64,000 nt of DNA from Octopus sinensis. Taxonomy: Eukaryota. Of this stretch, positions 40,493 through 52,524 are shown piece after piece. Where the stretch lies: assembly GCF_006345805.1 (NCBI RefSeq), contig NC_043003.1, forward strand, positions 99,696,001 through 99,760,000. The letters run 5' to 3'. The translations under genes and the position numbers were made by a program. The notes beneath the pieces were generated by a model that saw only the letters and a program-made list of their open reading frames with translations, did no database searches and was not told the DNA's origin. Position 1 is the first letter of the stretch. Each line of letters begins with the position of its first letter.

Positions 40493-41670
40493 CACACACG
40501 TGGCCTAATATGCGCATACACAGACACTAACATATGTACATTTAAAACATACGCACACAAACACTTGGTGTACACACATACGTATTACCATACACGCAGA
40601 TTCATATACAGACAAACGAATAAGCATACGCAAAAACACATGGCCCATACGTCACCTCTGACGTCAGAACTAATACAATTTCTTACAACCAATCAAAAAT
40701 TAACACTCCACAGTGTATGTGTGAGTGTGTTCAAGTTTGTATGTGCACATATACGTATATGTAGGTGAGCACATGTCTGTGTGTATTTACCTATATGTAA
40801 GTGTGTATATGTACGTGTGTATGAATATGTGTATGCGTATGCAAGATATGGCTGTATATACATACCTATAAGTATGCACAGGTGTGTACATATGTTCCTG
40901 TGTTTATGTATACGTATATGCACACTCTCTCTCACACACACACTCATAAACCGTGTATATGTTTGTGTCCATGCAAGCATTATGACAAGTGTGTATGTAT
41001 GCATATGTATGTACGTATGTATGTATGTGTGTATGTGTGTGTATATATGCGTGTATGCATGTATGCATGTAGATAGATAGATAGATACACACACGTGGCC
41101 TAATATGCGCATACACAGACACTAACATATGTACATTTAAAACATACGCACACAAACACTTGGTGTACACACATACGTATTACCATACACGCAGATTCAT
41201 ATACAGACAAACGAATAAGCATACGCAAAAACACATGGCCCATACGTCACCTCTGACGTCAGAACTAATACAATTTCTTACAACCAATCAAAAATTAACA
41301 CTCCACAGTGTATGTGTGAGTGTGTTCAAGTTTGTATGTGCACATATACGTATATGTAGGTGAGCACATGTCTGTGTGTATTTACCTATATGTAAGTGTG
41401 TATATGTACGTGTGTATGAATATGTGTATGCGTATGCAAGATATGGCTGTATATACATACCTATAAGTATGCACAGGTGTGTACATATGTTCCTGTGTTT
41501 ATGTATACGTATATGCACACTCTCTCTCACACACACACTCATAAACCGTGTATATGTTTGTGTCCATGCAAGCATTATGACAAGTGTGTATGTATGCATA
41601 TGTATGTACGTATGTATGTATGTGTGTATGTGTGTGTATATATGCGTGTATGCATGTATGCATGTAGATA
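40480..41670. repeat. Tandem duplication of a 595-bp unit
   Basis: Identical ORFs offset by exactly 595 bp (40565/41160, 40781/41376, 40882/41477). Unit boundaries lie in (GATA)n. Confidence 0.9.
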
Positions 41671-41731
41671 GATAGATAGATAGTAGATAGATAGATAGAT
41701 AGATGATAGATAGATAGACAGACAGACAGAC

Positions 41732-41829
<98 letters not shown>

Positions 41830-42443
41830 GTGTGAGTTGATAGGTACAACAGATTCAGACAGGTACCGTTCAAACACTCTAGTATAATCCAAGTGCTGGT
41901 TAACCGAATCGAATGATATAAATAACTTGAGACAATTTAAGGTACACAACCTCAATGTATTCCACCCGACGGGTAAATCCTGGGTTCGATTCGTTGAATT
42001 ACAGACAGTTTACTGAGTGTATCTCCAACACAATTTAAGTGGATAAGAAGATATGGATACACACACAGTTTTTATTATTACAGTCATTTATACAGTATAT
42101 TTTCTGTACTCCTTTGTTCAACATATGTTTCTGCTACTGGATATCTTGCTATGTGGTTTTTATTTGCATCCTGTTGGTTTTCCTGCATCCAGATTTTATC
42201 CCGATTAAAAACGTATTCACACATCTAAGGTGTTGCCACTATTAAAGTTTGAAACGAACTGGAGTATAATGATTAAGTCATTTAGTGGGGGGGGGACGAT
42301 TAGTTGTTGAGTGCAAAAAATAAGAGACGAAGTATGAGAAATCTGATATTGCCATGAATTCCGTTATCAGATCAACCTTAAGATAACCCTAAGGTTTAGA
42401 TATAGAATCATTGGTGCCAAGTATTAAACTAGATCAGAATATA

Positions 42444-43349
42444 CAAGGTGTTCCAGAAGTCTTGGGCACATTTTGACATAGAATATCTCGGAAACTATTA
42501 AGGACATAAAAACGCATCTGATATATTCTGAAAGCCTGCAATTTCAAGTTTTTTTTTTTATGGAATGTTCAAAGATGTTCAATGTGAGCACCGTTGGTCA
42601 CACGGCACACATCAAGCCGATAGTCCAATTCTTGTCAAACGCGTTCCAGCATTGCGTTGTCGATGGTTGCAACAGCTTTCGTTATTCGGGCCTTCAGTTC
42701 ATCCACGTCTTTTGGAAGGGGAGACACATAGACCAGTCCTTTCACAAACGCCCACAAAAAGAAATCGCAGGATGTGAGACCTGGAGACCTGGGAGGCCAG
42801 GACATGAGAACGCGATCATCTCACCCAGACCGTTCAGTCCATCTGTCTGGCAGTGTTGTGTTCAGATACTGTCTAACCCTGAGGTTCCAGTGCGGTGGCT
42901 CCCCATCCTGTTGGAAAATGAAGTCCCTATTGGCTCTTCTGATCGATTTACAGGGACTCCGCTCGAAGACAATTCGAGCTCGCTCAACCGTACCATCTGA
43001 AGTTGAGGGGCGTCCCGTTCTTTTAGCTGGACACAAACACCCATCCTTCATGAATTTTCCATGCCATCTCAATATAGATTTCCTTCTGGTGCCTCTTTTC
43101 GGAATTTTGTGCGAAATGCACGTTGAACAAGTGTCCATGATTCAGTTTTTGCAAATTCAAGGACGCAAAACGCCTTTTCTGGTTGAGTGAACTCCATTAC
43201 TGGATCTGAAAAAAATATGAAAAATTCATTAGCCTTACAAAAACCTTAATGAATTTAGCTTTAAAATGGTACCAGTTTCATCTTACTACCAATCATAGTC
43301 CAGCAGATATGAGGACTTGAAATGTGCCCAAGACTTCTGGAACACCCTG
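42444..43349 (-). mobile_element. Internally deleted Tc1/mariner element (rosa/DD41D-like group)
   Basis: 30-bp TIRs ca(a/g)ggtgttccagaagtcttgggcacattt, TA at 42442-42443 and 43350-43351. Translation ..SIRRA|NRDFIFQQDGEPPHW..WPPRSPGLTSCDFFLWAFVK..GAHIEHL*. Confidence 0.9.
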
Positions 43350-43624
43350 TATTTCATCCACTAACTTTAAGCGGAATAGATAGGAATAGTTTCTGTGAGA
43401 GATGTATACATTGAGGTTCACTAAGTCAAATAGAATTTAAAGACATAAGATACACAGAATTTAGTTGTAAGGTCGTGGCATTGTTCATAATATAGAACCC
43501 TAGAACCCTAGAATCCCTAGAATCAACCTGAAAAGCCAAACTTCACCATTGAACTATCCGTCAGATTGATATGCCCTTCTAAATCAGATATAGACAGTAT
43601 TAGTAAGCATATCATTGATAAATA

Positions 43625-44130
43625 TTGGGTTGTCCGGAAAGTTCGTGCCGATTTTTAAAGGAAAGAAAAAGGTCAATAAATACTTGCCATTACCCAAGCT
43701 TTACTAGGTGCTCATGAACGACGGATTTTGATGGGTTGAGGCTTTCTGCCAATTCTCAGGTTGTGCAGTGTGGGTTATTCTCAATTAATGACTTGATTTG
43801 GTCATCATCTAAAGTAGATGGTCTGCTTGATCGCTCTTTATCAATAAGGCTAAAATCTCCAGCTCGGAACCTTGCGAACCACTTCCGTACAGTTCTTTCA
43901 GATAAAGAAACATCACTGTAAACTGCGCATATTTCTTTGGTTGCTTGTGAAGCATTTTTCCCTTTACGGAAAAAGAAAAGCATCAAGTGCCGAAAATGAA
44001 CTTTCTTATCTTCAATTTTAAAGGGTTACAAAATTAACACAAGTTATAGGAACATAAACCTTCTTCCACAAAAAGATAGCTTAAACTGTGCCCTAAATGA
44101 AGGTGTAGTCAAATCCTATTTTATGGACTC
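43625..44130 (-). mobile_element. Deleted mariner (mellifera-like): HTH region plus one TIR
   Basis: TA|ttgggttgtccggaaagttcgtgccgattt. Translation HFRHLMLFFFRKGKNASQATKEICAVY..SERTVRKWFARFRAGDFSL. Confidence 0.82.
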
Positions 44131-45160
44131 AAACATGTTCTAAAATAAGTAACATGGTAAAATATAGGAAAATGCTATTCAAATGTTTCAAACGCCTACG
44201 CTTATCTGTTTATCTCCATTGAGGAAGGATATAGTAAACTTCTTAGACGTTACTTTGGATTTGAATACAGGCGAATATCAACCATAACACAAACCCAATG
44301 ATATATTAGTTTTAACTCAAATCACCCGCCAACATATTTCGATCCACATTTCTAGATTATCCACGAAGGAGATCTTTAGAAATAATAAAATTATTATACT
44401 AATATTAGTATATATACCTAGAAACGAAATAAAGGAGCAAATGGATGGAAACATGGCTTCGAACCCAGCAATTACTGATGACAGGAACAGTATAAATAAG
44501 AAGGAAAACCATCACAAGGAAAGTGCGAACTCCGCTAACAACGCTTGGAATCGCTATAGGGAAAGTAGTCGCATAATGGGCCTAAATACAAATGTCAAAA
44601 ATTCATTAGCATTACAAAAAACTTAATGAAATTAGCTTTAAAAGCAAACACGATAACAAAAATAAGAGCACCAAAAATAAGAGCAACCCCCTTAATGAAA
44701 AGAATATATCGATTGATACTGACATAGGCAAGAACTGCAGCAAAATTGCAGATAAACCTTTAAAAAAACAGGTAATTTGCATAAAAATAAGCCAACTTTC
44801 AAAAATATTAATGACCCACACAAAAAAATATGAATAAATCGAGAACTATACAGTGGTTTAATGCAATATTAGGTATGCAGATAAATACTAACATTCCCGC
44901 AAGATTTTTCAACGCATTGGGTAAGCATTTCCCAAAATCGAGTAAGTTCAGTAGGATCTTCAATCAGCACACGATTAGATTTGCATTTTCGACATACGTC
45001 AATTCCGGGAATATCTGAATTCCATGATAAAAATGTTAGTAAAGTAGATAAAAATACTAATCATAACGATAACAAACACGAACAACGAGCAGAACATATA
45101 AATAGTGAATCTTCATCCAATAGGGTAGGTAGAGTTAATATCACTAAAAATCTTTAGTGT
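44130..45160 (+). mobile_element. Decayed Penelope-like RT C-terminal region
   Basis: IVNFLDVTLDLNTGEYQP*HKPND, FNSNHPP and WFN..NTNIPARFFNALGKHFPKSSKFSRIFNQHT. Confidence 0.7.
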
Positions 45161-45211
45161 ACAGATGTATGGTTAAATCAGGTAGGATTTCACACTGTTA
45201 TATAGGAACCT

Positions 45212-45430
45212 ATAAGGTGGCGAGTGGGCAGAATCGTTAGCACGCCAGGTTAAATACTTAGCGGCATTTCGCCCGTCTTCACGCTCTGAGTTCAAATTCC
45301 ACCGAGGTTAACTTTGCCTTTCATCCTTTTGAAGTTGATAAAATAGGTACAAGTTGAGCACTGGGGTCGATGTAACCGTCTTACCCGCTCCCCCGAAATT
45401 GTTGGCCTTGTGCCAAAATTTGAAATCATT
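45212..45430 (+). mobile_element. SINE family C variant
   Basis: ggtggcgagtgggcagaatcgttagcacg..gagttcaaattcc..actttgcctttcatcc. Confidence 0.75.
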
Positions 45431-45515
45431 ATATTGGAGCCTGCTCTACCTTCAAGGCAAGATTAGGTAATCACCTAGCTTCAAGCTAAAATATAACAAC
45501 AACAACAACAACAAC

Positions 45516-45570
<55 letters not shown>

Positions 45571-45653
45571 TCGTTGTAACATAGTTGCTCGCCTTCGGCC
45601 TTAGGCAGAGACGCGGCTAGTTACAAAAATGCCCCAAAATCAAGCTAAAAAAC

Positions 45654-45706
<53 letters not shown>

Positions 45707-45718
45707 TAATAATAATAA

Positions 45719-46064
45719 TGCCCTGATGCAGTACCAGGCAGTGGCTCTCAGTAGTGGGAGAGCATTATAGCCATGTGTTGAGAGGAACTCTTTGAGCTTT
45801 GAATAATTCACCTCTGGAAGCATAGATGTTTCGTTCATCATCCTTAAATAAACCTTATTCAGGGACCTTTTGAAAATTTTAACTGGGCCCCACTTCCAAG
45901 GTTATGTGCTGTTTATCTTGATATGAGATCACCATGTCGCGCACATGTGGTTGTGATGCATGTGCCTGGTGTACCCTTATCAGACGGGTAGTCACGATGG
46001 GTATACTGGGCTTCGTATATTTTACCCCAGTATCACTTTGATGACATACACTACTCTCTCACTC

Positions 46065-46099
<35 letters not shown>

Positions 46100-46223
46100 T
46101 AATAATAATAATAATATATCATGTACATTGTTTTGTCTTGGTATAAAAGATGGGCTACAGCAAATATTCTGCTCAATACCACAGATTTGCTTGTCAGTTG
46201 TTTGACCTTAACCAGTTGAGCAT
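45719..46223 (+). mobile_element. Unclassified (AAT)n-flanked element: internally deleted copy (45719-46064) plus fragment (46118-46223)
   Basis: Same ends (tgccctgatgcagtaccagg; ctctcactc) as 51908-52467. Confidence 0.7.
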
Positions 46224-46345
46224 AGTCGATTACATCGACCTCAGTACTCAACTGGTACTTGATATATCAACCTCGAAAGTATGAAAAGCAAAGTCGACCT
46301 CAGCGGAATTTGAACACAGAACGTAGCGACAGGCAAAATATCGCT

Positions 46346-46423
46346 AACAACAACAACAACAACAACAACAACAATAATAATAATAAAAATAATAATAATA
46401 ATAATTGCAATAATAATAATAGC

Positions 46424-46469
<46 letters not shown>

Positions 46470-46570
46470 TAGCAATAATAATAATATCAATAATAATAAT
46501 AATAATAATAGTAATAATAATAATAATAGCAATAATAATAATAATAATAGTAATAAGAGTAATAATATTA

Positions 46571-46605
<35 letters not shown>

Positions 46606-46680
46606 GCAATATAATAATAATAATAATAGTAATAATAATAATAATAATAGCAATAATAATAATAATAATAGTAATAATAG

Positions 46681-46726
<46 letters not shown>

Positions 46727-46779
46727 GAAATAATAATAATACCAATAATAATAATAGCAATAATAATAATAATAATAGC

Positions 46780-46814
<35 letters not shown>

Positions 46815-47102
46815 TGGCAGAAGTTCAAAAGATAGTGCTCATGGGAACTGCTCATATCCTACGCAAAATACTCTCTATGTAACCTCAAGGTTTAAAACAA
46901 CCATAATTTTCGGTTTAAAAAATAAAAAAAATAAAAAAAAAACTTTTTTTTTTAGACATTCATTAGTACAACATCCCCACCCCCCAAATATATGGCACAC
47001 TAGGCATAACAACAACATGAACTTCCAACCCTGTTGTCTCTTGAGGTCACTGGGTGAGACTTGGAGCCAACTTGTACAAATATAAAGCAAAAGTCAAACA
47101 TA

Positions 47103-47140
<38 letters not shown>

Positions 47141-47174
47141 GTAATAATAATAATAATAATAGTAATAATAGTAA

Positions 47175-47205
<31 letters not shown>

Positions 47206-47238
47206 AGCAATAATAATAATAATAATAATAATAATTGC

Positions 47239-47275
<37 letters not shown>

Positions 47276-47355
47276 GTAATAATAATAATAGCAATAATAA
47301 TAATAATAGTAATAATAGTAATAATAATATTAATGATAATAATGATAATAATATC

Positions 47356-47404
<49 letters not shown>

Positions 47405-47473
47405 GTAATAATGATAATAATAATAATAGCAATAATAATAATAATAGTAATAATAATAATAATAGTAATAATA

Positions 47474-47509
<36 letters not shown>

Positions 47510-47721
47510 GTCCTTTCTACCATATGCACAAGGCCTGAAACTTGGGTGAGGGGATAGTCGATTACATCGACCTCAGTACTCAACTGGTACTTGATATATC
47601 AACCTCGAAAGTATGAAAGGCAAAGTCGACCTCAGCGGAATTTGAACACAGAACATAGCGACAGGCAAAATATCGCTAACAACAACAACAACAATAACAA
47701 TAATAATAATAGCAATAATAA

Positions 47722-47762
<41 letters not shown>

Positions 47763-47816
47763 GTAATAATAATAATAATAATAGCAATAATAGTAATAAT
47801 AGTAATAATAGTAATA

Positions 47817-47850
<34 letters not shown>
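46346..47850. repeat. Long compound (AAC)(AAT)n microsatellite tracts
   Basis: Directly visible. Representative of very many (TA)n, (GATA)n, (TATG)n, (CA)n, (GA)n and (AAT)n tracts across the window. Confidence 0.95.
46813..47104 (+). mobile_element. Short 3' end of a second Dong-like family
   Basis: AEVQKIVLMGTAHILRKILSM* plus 3' UTR, flanked by (AAT)n. Confidence 0.7.
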
Positions 47851-47852
<2 letters not shown>

Positions 47853-48164
47853 GAGAAACTCTCAAAATACAAAGACCTGGAAATAGAGGTAACTAGAATG
47901 TGGAATCTGAAAACAGAAACAATTCCTATTTTAGTAGGTGCATTAGGCATGATAAAAAAATATTCAGACAAATACATAACACCAGGACTTACAAACACAT
48001 ATAACATACAGAAAATTGCACTACTAGGCACTGCACACATCCTACGCAGAACACTTTCCATACAATAACCATCAGAGCATCACAACAAATCACAGCACAT
48101 ACCCAAGGCACACAGAGCTGCGCTCGGTAGTGAAGTGAAAGCACGCTATAAAAATAAAACTACG
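47849..48164 (+). mobile_element. 5'-truncated Dong-like LINE (3' ~315 bp)
   Basis: Near-identical to 51170-51485 and flanked by (AAT)n. Confidence 0.9.
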
Positions 48165-48213
48165 TAATAATAATAATAGCAATAATAATAATAATAGCAA
48201 TAATAATAATAGC

Positions 48214-48257
<44 letters not shown>

Positions 48258-48258
<1 letters not shown>

Positions 48259-48439
48259 CCACAGAGCCCAAAATGGACCACCGACCAAAACCACAGAGCC
48301 CAAAATGGACCACCGACCAAGAACTGAAAACCACGGAGCCCAAAATGGACCACCGACCAAGAACTGAAAACCACAGAGCCCAAAATGGACCACCGACCAA
48401 GAACTGAAAACCACAGAGCCCAAAATGGACCACCGACCA
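48258..48439 (+). repeat. Five-copy 40-bp tandem array at the LINE 5' junction
   Basis: Unit accacagagcccaaaatggaccaccgaccaagaactgaaa starting at 48258 (32 bp), 48290, 48330, 48370 and 48410 (partial). Confidence 0.92.
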
Positions 48440-51386
48440 TACCTCCCAAGAATAAAAATAAACGCAATAACAACACCAATTATAAACAACATAAACCTAG
48501 CCGTCACTGAACTAGCCACTGAAACAAAAAAAAGTGATATCACTGAACTAAATGACTTGATATACGCAGCAGCCACTGCAGCCACAAAAGAAGCTGGATA
48601 CTCACCCAAACCCGCCCAAACAGGAGTACCACCACCCAAACAAACCCTGTGGATAAATAACATCCAAAACAAAATAAAAAAAATTAGAAAAGACCTGTCG
48701 ATTCTTAATGAAATCAGCAAACAAGCAACGCTACTAAGCAACAAAAAGAGAACAAAAATGCTCCGCAAATATAACATCACAGAAAAAGATTTGCCGGAGA
48801 TAAAAGAAAAGCTGAAGCAAGATATCCTTGCCAAAGCTCAAAGGATCCGCCGGTACGAGAAACGCCAACGCTTCTTTGAACAGAACAAAAAGTTCAACTC
48901 CGACCCCAAAAAGTTCTACCAAGAACTGGACAAAAATAAAATAGAAGTCACTGCAGCACCAACGGCAGAAGAATTGGAAGAATTCTGGAGAGAAATATGG
49001 TCGGCGAACGAACAGCCAAAAAGAAGGAGTATGAAAATAACAAACTCGGCATCTGAACAACTTTGGACCCCCATAACAACTGAAGAGGTCACCCAGGCAC
49101 TGCAAAAACTAAGCAACTGGAAGGCACCTGGGCATGACAAGATCCCCAACTTCTGGTTGAAATATCTAACAGGAATGCACAAAAAGCTGGCTGAAAACTT
49201 TAACAGCATACTAGCAGAGCCAGAGACAATGCCTGAATGGCTCACGAAGGGGAAAACCATCTTAATTCCCAAATCAAATGAAACAACAAAACCAGAAAAC
49301 TACAGACCAATAACCTGCCTCCCTACTATGTTCAAGGCATTTACTGCAGTGATATCGCAAAGGCTGAACAAGCACCTGGACGAAAACAAACTGTTCCCAG
49401 AAGAGCAGAAAGGATGCCGCAAGGGCTCATATGACTGTAAAGATCAACTAATGATTATAAAGCCGTAACTGAAGACAGCCACAGAAAGAAGAAAGGCCTC
49501 AGTATGGCCTGGATTGACTACAAAAAGGCGTTTGATAGCATCCCCCACACATGGATCCTCGAAACACTAGCCATTAACAAAGTAGCACCAACAATCATAA
49601 AATTCATAGAGCACTCTATGAATAAATGGCAAACAGTCCTACACCTCCAAACAAAAGAGGGACTCATGAAAACCAAAGACATCCCCATTAGAAGAGGAAT
49701 ATTCCAGGGAGACACGCTCTCTCCACTCCTTTTCTGCTTGGCACTGTCACCTCTATCTGATATGCTAAATAGAACTGGATGCGGATATAAATGTTACGGC
49801 AAAACGATCAGCCACCTTTTATATATGGATGACCTAAAACTATACGCTGCAAATGACAAACAGCTGGAAACACTATTAAAGACAGTTCATGGATTTACCA
49901 AAGAAATATATATGAAATTTGGATTAGAAAAATGCGCCAAAGTAACCATGAAAAGAGGAAAACTAGTTAAGAGTAACAACATCACACTAGATAAAACCAA
50001 TGAAATAAAAGAATTAGACCAAAGCCAAACTTACAAATACTTAGGAATCCATGAACTAGATAAGACACAACACACACAAATGAAAGAGAAAATAAAAAAA
50101 GAATATTATAGACGAGTTAGATCAATACTAAAAACAGAGCTCAATGCTAAAAACAAGATAATAGGTATCAACACTTTAGCTGTCCCAGTTATAAGTTACA
50201 GCTACAATATCCTTAACTGGACACGAAATGAACTGTCCAAAATAGATAGGAAAACAAGAAAAATACTGACAGGATCTAGGATGCATCACCCAAAATCTGA
50301 CATAGAAAGACTATATATACAACGTATAGAAGGTGGTAGAGGCCTTATACAGCTGGAAAACTACTATAAAATAACCACCATAGGACTGCAAAAATACCTA
50401 CTTCAGAAGGAAGGAAAACTGATCCAGATAGCAGCAAAACACGAGCAAAACAAAAAACTGTTCTCAGTATTTAAGGAAGCTGACAAATACAAACAAGAAA
50501 TCATACCACCTAATATAAACACAAAGAAGAAGAAGAAGATGATGAAGAAACAACAAAAGCTATAAAACAAATGAAATCCAAACTAAAAATAGAACAGCAA
50601 CGAGCCATGATAAAACGATGGCAAGAAAAGCCCCTTCATGGTAAATACTGCACTAAATTAAACGCAAAAGAAATAGACAAAGAAAAATCCCAGCAATGGT
50701 TGAGAAGCTCAGGACTCAAAGCAGAGACAGAGGGATTTTTAATTGCAGCACAAGACCAAAGCCTCCCCACCAGAAATTACCAAAAACATGTAATGAAAAG
50801 AAATATTACAAGTAACTGCAGAATATGTGGAGATGGACAAGAAACAATAAATCATATTATCTCTAGCTGCCCAGTCCTGGCTAAGAAGGAATATATTCAC
50901 AGACATGACAGAGTTGGAACCTACATACATTGGAAGCTATGCCGACATTATGGAATAACAACAGAAAAAAGATGGTATAGGCACACACCAGAAAAGGTCA
51001 CAGAAAACGAGAAAGCAACCATACTCTGGGATATGCCGATACACACAGATAGAGAAATTAAGGCCAACAGACCAGATATAGTTGTCAGAGATCATGAAGA
51101 AAAAAAATGCTTTCTAATTGATGTATCAATACCGGCAGATGACAACGTGTCTCTAAAAGAAATGGAGAAACTCTCAAAATACAAAGACCTGGAAATAGAG
51201 GTAACTAGAATGTGGAACCTGAAAACAGAAACAATTCCTATCATAGTAGGTGCATTAGGCATGATAAAAAAATATTCAGACAAATACATAACAAAAACAC
51301 CAGGACTTACAAACACATATAACATACAGAAAATTGCACTACTAGGCACTGCACACATCCTACGCAGAACACTTTCCATACAATAA
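48425..51386 (+). pseudogene. RT-ZF-endonuclease ORF of the Dong-like element, broken by two frameshifts
   Basis: Three consecutive ORFs (48425-49468, 49504-50565, 50571-51386) in successive frames with no internal stops. Shifts near 49455 and in the GAA tract near 50525. Confidence 0.9.
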
Positions 51387-51482
51387 CCATCAGAGCATCA
51401 CAACAAATCACAGCACATACCCAAGGCACACAGAGCTGCGCTCAGTAGTGAAAAGTGAAAGCACGCTATAAAAATAAAACTA

Positions 51483-51543
<61 letters not shown>

Positions 51544-51545
51544 GC

Positions 51546-51624
<79 letters not shown>

Positions 51625-51853
51625 GCAATAATAATAATAATAATCCTTTCTACCATATGCGCAAGGCCTGAAATTTGGGGGAGGGGATAGTCGATTACAT
51701 CGACCTCAGTACTCAACTGGTACTTGATATATCAACCTCGAAAGTATGAAAGGCAAAGTCGACCTCAGCGGAATTTGAACACAGAACATAGCGACAGGCA
51801 AAATATCGCTAACAACAACAACAACAACAACAATAATAATAATAATAGCAATA

Positions 51854-51907
<54 letters not shown>

Positions 51908-51909
<2 letters not shown>

Positions 51910-52466
51910 CCCTGATGCAGTACCAGGCAGTGGCTCTCATGGCTTCTGATCTTAACCGATTGGAAGTGTTATCATGTACATTGTTTTGTCTTGGTATAAA
52001 AGATGGGCTACAGCAAATATTCTGCTCAATACCACAGATTTGCTTGTCAGTTGTTTGACCGTAACCAGTTGAGCATGTCCCTTAGTGGGTGACGATATGT
52101 GCATCTCTGATCACGAGCTGAAGTAGTGGGGGAGCATCATAGCCATGTGTTGAGAGGGATTCTTTGGGGTTTGAATAATTCACCTCTGGAAACATGGGTG
52201 GTTCTTTCAACATCCTTAAACAACCCTTATTCAGGGACCTTTTGAGCGTGATGGGCTACTCAACCTGAAGAAAATTCTAACTGGGCCCCACCTGCAAGGT
52301 CATGTGCTGTTTATCTTGATATGAGATCACCATGTCGCGCACATATAGTTGTGATGCATGTGCCTGGTGTACCCTTATCAGACGGGTAGTCATGATGGGT
52401 ATATTGGGCTTCATATATTTTACCCCAGTGTCACTTTGATGGCATGAACTGCTCTCTCACTCACTC

Positions 52467-52467
<1 letters not shown>
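51908..52467 (+). mobile_element. Unclassified 560-bp (AAT)n-flanked element, longest copy
   Basis: Four related segments in the window, all abutting (AAT)n. No tRNA head, TIR or ORF recognised. Confidence 0.75.

Positions 52468-52523
<56 letters not shown>

Positions 52524-52524
<1 letters not shown>

Larger units (their letters stand above)
48258..51485 (+). mobile_element. Dong-like R4-clade non-LTR retrotransposon inserted in (AAT)n
   Basis: RT motifs ENYRPITCL, WIDYKKAFDSIPH, GIFQGDTLSP and HLLYMDDLK; CRIC..H..C zinc knuckle; restriction-like endonuclease RPDIV..LIDV..KLSKY; no AP endonuclease visible; (AAT)n on both flanks. Confidence 0.95.

Noticed and set aside
48258-48439. 40-bp direct repeats as a CRISPR array
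   Set aside because: There are no unique spacers, the unit is LINE coding sequence, and the context is eukaryotic with no cas genes.
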